Assembly (NCBI GenBank): GCA_040437565.1
Contig: JBDOQK010000045.1
Coordinates: forward strand, 186,001 to 250,000
Direction of reading: 5' to 3'
From: Albugo candida
Lineage: Eukaryota
DNA: 64,000 nucleotides
The notes beneath the pieces are model-generated. The model was not told the DNA's origin. It worked only from the letters and a program-made list of their open reading frames with translations, and made no database searches. The position numbers and the translations under genes are program-made. Position 1 is the first letter of the stretch. Each line of letters opens with the position of its first letter. Positions 12,800 to 25,001 of the stretch are shown here, one piece after another.

Positions 12800-13720
12800 A
12801 CGAGTTGGAACATTTCTCGCTACATTCCGCCACCTCCGGAAGCGTCTTTTAACCATTTTCGAGGACCTGCAGTTTCGTCTAGTATTTAGGATAATGCCAG
12901 TTCGATCTAGTTTCACGTTTTCGATGTATATTCAGACTGACATTATATTGTCCCAGCAGCCTTCGTGTGGTGCAGTCCAATCCGATTAACATCTCTTTCA
13001 AGAGTGCAATCCGAGGCCACAATTATGGATGGAGTTTCTCACTAGTTGGGGATCAGTTTTTCTCTTCCCGACCGCGTTGGACGCATATCGGTTGTGCAAT
13101 TGTACCAGCACTACGATCGGATTGGACAGAATATCAGTAAATTATATCAGATCTGTGGCTTGCAAACGGTGCCGCTGCACTTCGTCTGCACATATAGGAG
13201 TCGTCGTTTTTTCCATCAGCGATCACCAACTTCGACATCTCTAGCACTTTCCGTGATATACAGCACGTTTAGCGAGCACATGCGGTACTTTCGAAGACAG
13301 CGTTCCGACCAAGATGAACGCATTCGGCTTGTAAAAGTACTCGATCAACTAGCAATGCAATAAATCCTTCGGTGGATTTTTTTGGAGTCGAAGATCATTG
13401 CTGCTGGTACGGCACAGATAAGTAGAAATGGAAGGGGAAGTCAGATCCTATTCCTAGTGGGACGGCTCGGTTCGGTCTAGTGTTGCGCACACCATTTCGC
13501 AAAAGACTGTACATTTGGACAATTTCCACAACTTCCTATTCTTAACACGCTAAACAATTGTGGGGAGTGATCCTACCGCAATCCACGACTATCAACGAGA
13601 GAACATATTCTGATCTCTCAGAGGTATATTCACGAAACGTTTTCTATGTATATTTGGTATTCAAGATAGCTTAGGCAACTCGAGAAGTCACTTAGTCTAA
13701 TTCTAGTTGTATAGACACCT
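12800..13720 (-). repeat. Diverged dispersed repeat of unknown class (copy 1; copy 2 at about 34900-35790)
   Basis: Shared colinear words include tacagcacgtt, cggtacttt, gcattcggctt, ttcacgaaacgtt, attcaagatagc and agacacc. There is residual peptide similarity: TRPNRAVPLG..FYLSVP vs TRLNRAIQLG..FYLSVP. Confidence 0.75.
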
Positions 13721-15083
13721 TCAACTGATGTAAGTTCAATAAGGTAATTACGAGTTTGACCCTGAAGAGCGATATTTCCACCATATCTTGCTTGCTTGAA
13801 GTTGGTGGCAGGCAGTACGTATGCGACGAAGATTCCAGAAATGCAAAAAAACGTGGGTGCTCTGGCCTTAGTCGTTTTGAGGTGGAAAGATTGAAATTTT
13901 CATCATGATCGGTGTTGAAAAGGAGGCAGACTTTCATCATGGTATATTTCAGTTTGGTATTTATTCCATTGAGGAAGATAAAATCATATTCGAGAAGACT
14001 ACTTATCTCGTTCGATCTGAAAGACGTTTCAAAGGTTAATCATTCACAAGGAGACTCGGCGATGTGGACTCCAATGAGGTTATCGACAGGCTAAAGTCGC
14101 TTTGGAATTAGGACTAAAACGTTTTTATCTCCGCGAGCCGCTGACGCGCAAGATTTCTTCAAGAGACAGCAATTTAGATTGTGACATGCTACTTTGGCTT
14201 AGGAATCAAACGCGCTGTAAATTCAATATAGGATATGAAGCTACTCATTCAGATGACGAAGACGAAACCATAATTTCTAGTTCTGACTTGGTTAACAGGA
14301 GTTTTAGTGATGAGATAGTAATGGTGGTTGGTCGCGGTTTTTTAACAATTAGCTTTCGTGGAACGTTGAATCCATATTCTAATGCATGTTTCCGGTAATA
14401 GGATATGAAAAAGTAAGGTTCGGCTTTTGTCTTCTTCCAAACATGCACTCATGTATTACCAGTGCGCTCACCAAAGATGCAAAACACTCTGCTATTATGC
14501 GAAGCTTAAGTTCGACCCTTTCACACACCGATATGCCAGTCGCGAGATGTCCCATGTCATTTACAGTCTTACAATTCAAGATGGTCAAATCTAACTCGGC
14601 CGTTTTCGGATATTCGAAAAATCAACTGTTAATCATATCTCTTCACATGGTCTAGTTGCAAAACGGGTAACATAACAGATTGTGCACTCGTCTATCATGT
14701 GAAAATTGGTAATCTTGAATGTTGATTGTACAGGAGCTTAGCCGAGCCGATAGCGACCATATTCATAAGCTGTCTACAGCAGTGCATCCTTCTTCCTGTG
14801 TCTACAATACGGCAGCAGTTAGAGCGCTTGATTGGATGAACTTGCATATGGTTTTCTTTAAAAGTTCATATCAATCAGAGTTTCAAATGTTAGTGGAGGA
14901 AATGAAATGTGATGCAAACGTAAGAGTTCCTCCAGCAGTTGGTATTCCCAAATCAGCCTATCATTTTGCAGAGGGAGTCAAACCAGAAATATCATGATTA
15001 CCTTCGTTAGAGTAGCGCTGAATGCTTTATATCACATTTGATTGGAAACAGATGCAGCGAGAGAAACCAGGCTTCTATTGGGT

Positions 15084-15211
15084 TACGGTGAGCGCAAAAA
15101 GATGAACGCAAGTACATGTTTATGCATATATCTGTACGAATGTTCTCTACGGTGAGCGCAAAAAGATGAACGCAAGTACATGTATATGCATATAACTGTA
15201 CGAATGTTCTC
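15084..15211. repeat. Tandem repeat, 2 x 64 bp
   Basis: tacggtgagcgcaaaaagatgaacgcaagtacatgt...tgtacgaatgttctc occurs at 15084 and 15148 with two substitutions. Confidence 0.95.
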
Positions 15212-18149
15212 ATTTAGAAAGCGGAAACGCAGGCCATGATCTAGTAATATTCTCCGTCACCACGTTTCGCGCCATCCATAGGCCTTGTATCGCGTTTGTT
15301 TTCCTCCGAATGAATTGATTCCTTGCGTTTCTGACTGAATTTGACTCAAGTGGAAATCATTTTCACGACGACAAGTATACGGTTCGAGATCTTTAGCTTG
15401 CTTTCTCATAGCAGTATTATTAACTATACGTTTCTGTCGCATCTAGATATGCTTTTGTTTAAGTCGATATGTTTCCTCTGGAGATGGTATTGACGAAAAA
15501 AAGTTGGACTTGATTGTTTTTAAGCCAGATTTTTATCCCATCCGTGACATATCTGCCGAAATCTGAATTCTTATGTCGCTCGATCCTCCCATTCGGTTGA
15601 AACTAGAAGACACACTGAGACTCTTATGCGCATCAATTTGCGCTTTAATATCGTGGTAGTAGACATTGCTACGAGGTATTTTTAACATGAAGAAGTTTAG
15701 TGAATAAAACTTGTTGAGCTCTCGGAGGCTGCATAGGTACACTCAGTATTACCATACGTTAATTTATCGATTCCACGTCACAGATCCTATATTCAACTTG
15801 TACGTGGTAGGGAAACACGTTGATCGCTGACTAATTCGCGAATTTACGATGACAAGGGTCAATAGGAGAAGATGATAGCGCACAGACGAGCGCTAAAAGA
15901 AGATTGTACAATGCAAAGGTTTCGTCAAAACGACATATGAGCTGAAGGTAGAGTTCCCTCCGGCTTACTTCAGCATGGTATAAGGTTTATTTGCGTCCCC
16001 TGACTTTGAGGTGCTTTTATGCAATTTAGCAGGTGGCACGTCACATCTGAAATAGCTAGTGCTGCTATAAAAGGTACAGAGCTAACTGAGTGATTGCCAT
16101 CTCTTTATTTGAAACTCAGGAATACTGGCTTGAAATCAACTAGACATGCTATGGACGACATGTCCTATTCGAAAACGTTTCTAAGCTGAGGGATGTAGCA
16201 TCAATCACTCGGTTGGGGGTTAGAGATTGTTAGCTTGAATGGTGTTCTAATATACTTCCACTTCCATGTGAATTTCCTGCTCAATCAATATTCACCGTAC
16301 TGTTCTGCGCAAAAGTGCGCTTCTAACATGAGGCTTTTCTTGTCTTGTGATGCTCTTACGTACTCTTCCGCTATAGGTTTGATGGATAAATCTGAGAATT
16401 CTTGCTTCACTCCCTTCTCGGTATACAGTTCTCGCTGAGTATAGTTCTCTTTCCCCTTGATTATTTATTTATAATTCGTTCACACTCCCTAATTATTTCT
16501 TCATAATTCGTTGCTGACGCCGCACAGTCTTCATAAATCGCCAAAATAGTAGAAAGGAATCAACAGCACTCTGGGAATCGATTTGCAGGTTGATGTCGCG
16601 AACGTGATTGTGAAGTAAACCGAACGGATTGTGCGTTCACCCTAAAAGTGCACGAAAAGTGCATTGATAACAGGTTTAGTGACCACGTCAATGTCCGCTT
16701 GCTACGTCATTGAGGTTTTGTGTACCGAGTACGAGGTGATGCAAAACGCTGATGACTGTAGCAGCTCATAACAACGAAGCGTGAACAAATTAGTATGTTA
16801 TTACGTGTCCTATGATCGCTAAGCTCGATAATGAAATGATTGTGATCCAGATTGGATCGTTTGATTGATTTCATGCTGTATAATATAGTATCGTGGACAA
16901 AGGTGACGATTTTTCTTCATTCTTGACTCACATACCGCTTCAATAGCTTACGTATGGCTGACTGAGCAAAATAAATCAAGCAAGAAGAAAATGGTTTCTT
17001 TCCTAGCGCCACCTCGAATTCTCGACGGAGTGTGCTTGACATCAAAAATTAAGGTTTGTAATCTAATATTGACGAAAGCTCCCAGAAGAGTGAGTCCAGC
17101 ACTGATTCTGTTTCTTTTTTTATATTTACTTTATCGCTCTATTGATAACGTTAGGAGAGAGAGATTTATATCGTAGCCTGCGAACAAATTCTTTCACTGG
17201 AAGTATCGCAATGATTGTATACCGCAAATACGCACATTCATTAACTTTTTCTCCGTTGATACCCGGCCGAAGAACGTTTTTCGACTATTTTGTTCTTGTC
17301 GTTCGTAGCTCAGGATATGGAGTTTTAACACTCGTCCGAGCTCTTGATGAGTTCCATATCAGACATCTGATTGCTACTTGTAAAGATTTTATTGTTGAAT
17401 TTGCGGTATCAGGGTTGATCAGATACTCTTAGTCCTAGTCGTTGCGCATGCTTATTATATATTGAATGTAAACTTTCTTTTTTTGATCGATTTACATGAT
17501 TACTACATTGCTCATTATGATCGAAATGCTCCAAACATGCCGCTATTAAGCCTTCAACAAGGTGCCTAATTTAATAGTCTATAATGTAGCCGATGAAAAA
17601 AGACCCACAGCAAGAAAATAATAATAATCTCACCGAGATTTCGCAGACAAATCCTCAGAAAGCTCTCAGGTCTGTTCCATCTACTCAAGTACATCGCCCA
17701 TCGTGAAGTTTGTTTTTTTTAAATAAGAAGGAAGATCTCATTTGAACAGCAGTCCTGGGAAGAAGAATGATACGTCATGAATTGTATTCAGTATGATATT
17801 GTACAACACAGTGATTACGTTAACTCCATAATGCTCTGTGGGAGTCAGACTATTCAAAGCAAATGCGTAGCTATCAATACCTCAATCGAGAAATATCTAT
17901 TGAACGCTCCTTGTTGGTCTCGGTAGCAAGCATATGCAAAAAAACGTTTTGATTGACAAATATTGACATCCTGAACTAAGGTGGGTTTTCGGCAGTCAAA
18001 GTGGATGCCATCTTGCAGTTGACAGAGTGATAGGAAACTATTTTGTATGTAATCTTATCCTCATGCGTAATAATACCAAGTTTGACCAATCTAGATATAA
18101 ATTGAATTCTACGGTTAGCATGTACGAATATATATGTTTCTGTTGTCAG

Positions 18150-21100
18150 GTTCGCGAAGGTGGTTGCGTTTGGAGGAAATTGGTAAAACTGAAATTTTCC
18201 TGTCCTAACCAATTGTTAACTCCAAGTAACAAGTGCTCCCAGAGGCCTAAGGCACATATTTAAGTCCTACCTACACTCCTTCCTTTGGTTGCACTTGAAA
18301 TTGGATCATCTTCAACTCTCATAGCTCGATCCCGTGACCACCTTACTCTATTAGGTGAATGAACCTTGGTGTCGGAAACCCCTTTCGTCTGCATGTCGGC
18401 CATTTTCTTCGGTATATTCACCTTCATGGATAATTTGTTTGCCCATGTTCGCTCTGACACTTTCTGTCGAAGGTCGATATGTTTAGCCTAACTGAAGTAG
18501 CTTCGTTAAGAGACTACTGATAGATGCCTAGTTATCCAACCACAAGATGTTTAGCTCTCTAACTTTTTAGTTCTACATTTAAAATGATTCCCTTGCTTCA
18601 AGTCATTTCTCGCATGCCTTGGACGCTGCTACAGACTCTTCCTCTATCGTCCATAATGCCGCTGAGTGCTTCTTCTTGCATGACCAGCTGATCCACTTTC
18701 CATTCAAACCGAATGCTGTACCAGATATGCTCTTTCTTGTGATACCACCCGCCACATAATTAGGATATGAAACGCTGCTAGAGTGCCTTCTTTGGTACCG
18801 AGGCATCTTCACCACCCAAATAGAGCTTTAGCAAATGCTTATCCTTGAGTTAATTCATCACTTTGTCAGCTCAAGCCGAATCGGCAGTTTTTGGGGCATG
18901 AGTACGTATCATCAGCTTGTGCAAAGTGAACCTGATGCTTGAGCGACTGCAGTCTGGAAACCATCAAAAGGTGCACGCCAAAGTCTGTAATTTATTGCTC
19001 GTTAGCTTCTTGAATGAACGCATCTCCAAGCAGTGCAAATTTGATGTTCTCCTATAGCCGTAGTCTTGACAGATAGATGTGAGCAGCAGGTGCACTTCAT
19101 CCGGACCCATCTTCGTTTTCAATTCGCATATCGACGGCTCCTGATTGAAAGAGTATCCATGGTTTTCCCTATAGCGAACTCGCATGGCCACATTGCTTTC
19201 TTCTGCTGGGTCCGAGATTCTAGATTGAAAGACTTGAAACAATATTGATTGTCGACTCGATTCTTCAAACCTTCTTCGCGTTACCAGTATACCGTAGACA
19301 TATAAAACCAAAACCGTAATTGCACTTGTGTCGTGTGCGGAATACAAACATGAGTTTGAGAGGCTTTCTTTGAAACGTACATCGCCAAGCTTATCACGTA
19401 AAAGTTGACTTCAGAAACTCCCTGCTCAATCAACCCATAGCAACTCTTCATATGTCGTAATGCCACTTGATCTCGACCCGAAACACGAATTTCTTTCGGC
19501 TTGGAAATCTATATTCATTTCTTGAGGCAATTTCAAGTACAAATCCAAGTTGTTTTCTGTTGGTGCCTGCTCGCACGCACTAGTTAAGTCACTATGCTTC
19601 GCTGATATTCCCTAGAACATTCATGAAGATAGTATGAGCTTCTCTGTATATAAAGCCATGATTGTTACAAGTGTCGTGTCGTACTTGACTCCGAATACTT
19701 GTCGTTCCGACACTAATCACCTGGTATGTAAGACTTCGATCTAGTTTTTCTTGGGGCAATTTTCGGTTTTCTTCCATTGAGGCTAGTTCTGCTTGTGCGC
19801 CATAATTTCATTCGACATACTGTACTAATTCATTGCTTGATTGTACGTTTTCAGATACGGCATAATCAACACTTACACGATGTCTCGAGTCGAAGCTTTC
19901 TTTCCTTGGCTTCAGCAAAACCATCCTCTGTTTTGGATCCTTCTTAATGAGATCCGCTCGCTTTTCTATAGCAGTTATGATTAAATCATTTTCAACGTCG
20001 GAAACCTTATGAGCTTCCGAGTCTGCATTTATCAAGCCTTTCGAAGTCCATTCGACTTGTCATTTGCATTTGCTCCTTCCAGCGTTGACTCCACATTTGA
20101 GATATGCTGATATATAGTGACATTTTTTGGTTGAGTAAATAAAGTTTGTAACATTTTCTTTCATCGCATTTATTCCCGATAACAATGTCTCGTCCACTTC
20201 GCTTCGCGAGACAATTTTTATCAATGCCAATTAGAACAGAACAAGTTGAACCGAACGTTACGAAATCGAGAAAACCCGTATCTTGCTCAGTCCCAGCCTT
20301 TAATAGTGACTATCATTTGCCTTCGTAAATATTCCATTGGAATCATAAACCGCGAATTCAGGAGAACACCCCCAAGTATATCACGTCATAGATCTTCCAA
20401 ATGTCATACACTTAACCAGGCTTATGATTGTCCTATGCATTCGTTTAGCTTTACTATTTAATTCTTTGATTACGATCCAAGGTTTTGTCTTCTCACTCCC
20501 TCTTCTTTGCAACAAGAAGTCGACATTTGTGTACTCTGCGCCACCATCAGCTCGTAGAACATGTATCTTTCAATCATAATGCTTCGTCAAGTAAATCAAG
20601 AAATCCTGAAACTCTTCGACGCTGGACAAACTTCGCTCTTTTTATATATACAAATAAACGAATTAATTACAGCGACAAAAAAACTCGAAAGTTGTGACGA
20701 TGCACAATATAAGTAAGACTCGAGCAGTTTTTCTATAACACATACGCTTCAGAAATTTTCGATGGTGTATGTCACAGTTGGAAGTATTTTTCCGTGTACA
20801 TTACTCGCTGTAAATAGATAATACTCCAATGTGTTATCGTGAGAAGAGGATATCAAACCTCTTCTGTCACATTGATGCTGCGCAAACACGACAATGTCAC
20901 ATTTTAACTATATTTACGGCAAACCGAGACCGATTATTTTAGTTTTTTCATATAACTTTGAGCCCGAACTCGTTTAGCTATTATGGCACGATGTGAACAA
21001 ACACTCCGTGCTGCGCAATTTATCAAAAACAATTATGGTATTTGGTGGTTGCATTATTGGGAAATTTAATCAGAAATATTGATGGTCTGAACGACGCTTT

Positions 21101-22050
21101 TGAGCACCCATATGGATAATGATACATTCAAGATTGTGCAAGATGAAAATGATTTGAAACGACGCATTGGTCACCAATGAAAAGGGAACAAGAGTGCTAA
21201 TTTACTCCAAAGCCTTATTAATTGCGTGGATTTTTCATTCCATGGAAGCTCTAAATAAGCTGGCGAGCATAACGTCTCTGATATCTTCAGAAATCGTAAC
21301 AGAACATGTAGCAACAGCCATCTTTTACATGAATGTATTGCACCTTGATTTCTTTCTTGTAAATGTGAACGTTCAAAATGTGCTCATCCTTTAAGACCTA
21401 CAGGCAGATTGTGCTGGAAGGACTTGAAGTTATACTTGAGATTTCTAGTTGCACTTGGTATCAGTCTAAACGATTGATGAGAATTTTTATTTTCCACAAA
21501 GAAAGTCAGTTTTGGCAATTTTCCTGCAACGCAACCATCTTCACTCACCTTCCTACAAGTTAAGAGCCCACCGAATAGTCTGCCAGCTAAGACCATATGA
21601 AAATTCGAGGGACCACCAGATGTGTCGAAGATGATAGAATGATGCTGCTGCTGACGACACGCGGAAATCGAAACGGTAAGATCAAAACCGAGTAGAGAGC
21701 GCATCTGCAGGACCAAGCAACCAAGGACAATATTTGACAATGTCATCCATGTATGCGAATCTGACGCAGCATCGCAAAAAGAGGGTAGGCAGAATCTTTG
21801 TCCAAGCCAAGCAAAATAATTTGCTGGACGGGCTAAATCGAGTCGGATTCCCAGTAGCAAGGCATATAAAGCTCGCCATGTAGCCATTCGAATAGAGAAA
21901 GACCTACGCTGGACCTAGAGCGCCGTTTGCACAATGGGACTATCGTTTCGTGCGTCAAGTATTCAATGCCCAGAGAGCATTCGGTGGGATTTGAAGTAAA
22001 AATGTTAAGCTGGTGTGCCTACGACGTCATCCGAGCGGAAAAGAGCTCAC
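18150..22050 (-). mobile_element. Decayed Ty1/Copia retrotransposon (gag-INT-RT-RNaseH order)
   Basis: gag-like SKLF...DDIVKY (about 21.7-21.9 kb); integrase KAKRMHRTIISLVKCM (about 20.4 kb); RT KSCYGL (about 19.44 kb); RNase H ITRKSISG...ISWSCKKK...AALWT and AKHIDLR...ADMQTKG (18.4-18.8 kb). A purine tract AAAGGAAGGAG is followed by TG at 18275, the start of the 3' LTR. No 5' LTR was found. Confidence 0.8.
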
Positions 22051-22239
22051 TTATTACGAGCAGGAAGTCATCTAATAGATGACTCAGTACTCTAACGTCC
22101 AAAATTGATGGACCGCAGCAACGAAGTGTTCTGGACAAGCATCACCAGCACGCAGACAACGCGGTAGTTTACTGGGAAAAAAGCAACTGCACGTTCTTGG
22201 AGCGAGCATTTTTTAATCTAGTTGGCAATCAGTGAATCA

Positions 22240-22950
22240 GTCAATATAGCAGACGATATGCCTCCGGAGAGCATTATCCAGTACGTATAGCCTAAATTCA
22301 AACAAGTACTGACGGCTCGTGTCAACACAATGAGAGGGGGCACCAGAAGGCAAGCCAATAAATTGTCGCTTTGCCCGGGTTAAGGATTCAGATGTCATCA
22401 GTGCTTCATCAATAACGGAATCGATACTAAATGGGTGCGAACAAGGGATCCAAGCCAAATTAGCGAATGAGCTGCCTCATTCGGTGGAAAAGCGGACTTA
22501 TGAAAAGATATTTCTGGAACCAGAGTTCCATCAGAATGCGGACATCGTTTTAGGGATATATACAAAACTACTGCGCGTGAACACAAGAATAAATTTTGCA
22601 TATCAGACAGTGGATCCGGCAGGCATCTCGTATCGAATATGAACTTCTTATAGCATCTCAATGCAACCAATCATGCATGCTTACAAACAGAAAGGAACGG
22701 AAGATGAGATGGACAGGATCGGCGAAGGTTACCGCAACAGCTAGCGCTAAGCCTAGGATGTTCTCGGAGAAGTTGTTCAAGATGCAGAAAACCTCCCTTG
22801 GAACGTTGTCTCGTATGGAAATATGAAGGCAAAAGGATGCAAATTGACCTACCAAGCTGATGGTCGAGAGATGTTGAATATACTTTCGATACTGCGATCG
22901 TGTGTGAAGAAAATATGTTCAAAAACGAAAGCAACCGTTTCATAACCATA
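22240..22950 (+). mobile_element. Copia gag-end/protease fragment
   Basis: FKQVLTARVNT (gag end), DSGSGRHLVSN (Copia aspartic protease DSG motif, about 22610) and NVVSYGNMKAKGC. Confidence 0.7.
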
Positions 22951-23818
22951 CCAGCTCATCAACCATTTTCAACATTGCACTTGAAGGTGGAGACTCCATC
23001 CTATCGGCAATGGAGCGACGAGATGTCATTACAATCGTTATTGTTTACATGTAGATTAGCAGTAATGCTACTGCCTAACTGTCTAAAATCATTTGAGTCT
23101 TCACAATACACATTCATAATCGTGCCCGTCGTGGAGCTCACAAACTAAACTTTTTGAGTATGATATAATTGATTACCGCCACGCTCAGTTGTACCAAATT
23201 TGCTAAAAAATAGAAGATGTTGTGCTACGCGTTATATTCTTTTTGGTAAGGACAGTCAGCTTGTTCATGTCGGGATCAGACAGCCTCTATAAAAGCGTAT
23301 ATACCTTGAGAAAATCTGACAACTTGAAATAAGAACCATTTACAGAAATTAATTTGTTCTTCTTCCTCGCGTTTTGGTTTCATCTAAGTTTTCCATCGAA
23401 GATTGTAAGTTTGGACGCTCGACGTATTCTTCATTCATTATTGCATCTTATATAGGGTGATAAGAAGGCTTTTCAAGATGCAGGTGAGTCCAACAAAAGC
23501 CAACTGCATTAGCTTCTTGTTACGCTAATTTCAACCTGAAGGAGCAAAGATTTATGAGACGAAAAATATTTCTTTCCGCTTGCACATGAGTCTGTTTCTG
23601 CCTCGGTATGTCTAACGGGTATGTCAGAAACCGTAGCGAGCTTTTAATGTATCAAAACAGAAAAAAAAGCACCCATTCTAAGAAAGGAACTGGTTAGTGA
23701 GGGTCTCGCATTTTTTACAATGACAGCTATAACCAGTCAAGATTTTCTTTGAACCTTTCAAAAGCAAAAAAATCCAGTGAATCATAGATTGTATCTGAGT
23801 ATCATTTCTATAGTTCTT

Positions 23819-24190
23819 CTACCAGCCGTTGAAAATGAAATGATTAGTCCACCTATCAAAACGTAAATATAATCGCTTGCTGTGAACATTCCCGCTGAAT
23901 ATGAGAAGTATCAATTTTTTTCGTAGTCGAATGTACTGAAGGCAATCGTACCTTTTATATCCTGAGCATAGATACGCCACGGATGCCGTTCGTCTTCGGC
24001 GAGAGTTATTAGCTATCAAACGCATCGATGACCAGGTGGGATTTTTCGGCATTGATAACCCTTGTGAAGGAGTCATTCTTGGAAGCAGAATTTTTTTCTT
24101 ATGCTCGGAATGTACAAGAGTAAGACCATCCTCCTCCGTAAAATGCACACAAAGAAAAGATGTGATGGACAGTAGTGCGTAGTAGATCAC
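23819..24190 (-). pseudogene. Possible secreted-protein relic with a degenerate CxxC module
   Basis: The N-terminus is hydrophobic (IYYALLSITSFLCVHF) with no ATG. KRYDCLQYI resembles KQIDCVNCL with the second Cys as Tyr. It is co-oriented with, and about 0.8 kb downstream of, the intact effector. Confidence 0.3.
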
Positions 24191-25001
24191 GGATACGTAA
24201 TCAAGTAAATAGACACTGATGTCCGTGGGACATGACGTGTTTTCGGTGAATCAACCTTGTTCTATTTCTGGGCTGGTTCTGGCTGATGCTATCGGTAAGA
24301 CATTTGTTTAGGCATCAATATCGAGATACACGACTATCAACGCTTCTCGCTCATTTACTTGAGCGTATCGATAAGACTAAGTCATGCTGTGTACAATTTA
24401 TAATCTTTATATATTCGCACTAAACTCATGAGGGAGGAAATTGTGTCTAGTCAATGTTTTCTAGGTAATGAATGGTTTCTTCCGAGGTTGTATCGCAATA
24501 AGAGGGATAAGTAGTGAGATTAATGAGTAAAGATCTCTTTTCAAAGCAAAACTCCGATGATGGAGCAGTTTTAAATTGTTTTTTTTATGTCAGATCATTG
24601 GCACTGTTAATTGAATTGCTATAGCCTCTCGAAACGGGCTCATTTTCGACTGATTCTTTGTGGCATTCAGTAGATTGCTGTGATGATTCTGCATCCAGTG
24701 AACGATAAATTGGCTTCGATAATAGGAAAGAATCATCAAATGGTGTGTATTATCTAAGTTGTGAGAGCGTACGGCTAGAAAAAAAAACTACAGTGATTTT
24801 TACACGTCGAGAAATGATTTACTTCTTTGAGCCATGTCGTTTACTCGAGCGAAATGTTTCTTCATATTCTACTGGTCCTCATGTTACAAAGCAGCAATTC
24901 GAAACTTCGGCATATCATCATTCGAAGGCTTTCTCTGCATGCCTATAGCAATCACATGGTTTCGATCAATATTTTTTTTCATCATCAGTATTTTTCTCAT
25001 T

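Noticed and set aside
15084-15211. CRISPR-like repeats (also 56213-56303 and 58466-58540)
   Set aside because: They have no unique spacers, 2-4 units only, no cas genes and a eukaryotic context.
15885-15970. AKRRL and YELKVEFPPAY resembling a ubiquitin-conjugating E2 fragment
   Set aside because: Too short, in different frames, and without the HPN or catalytic Cys region.
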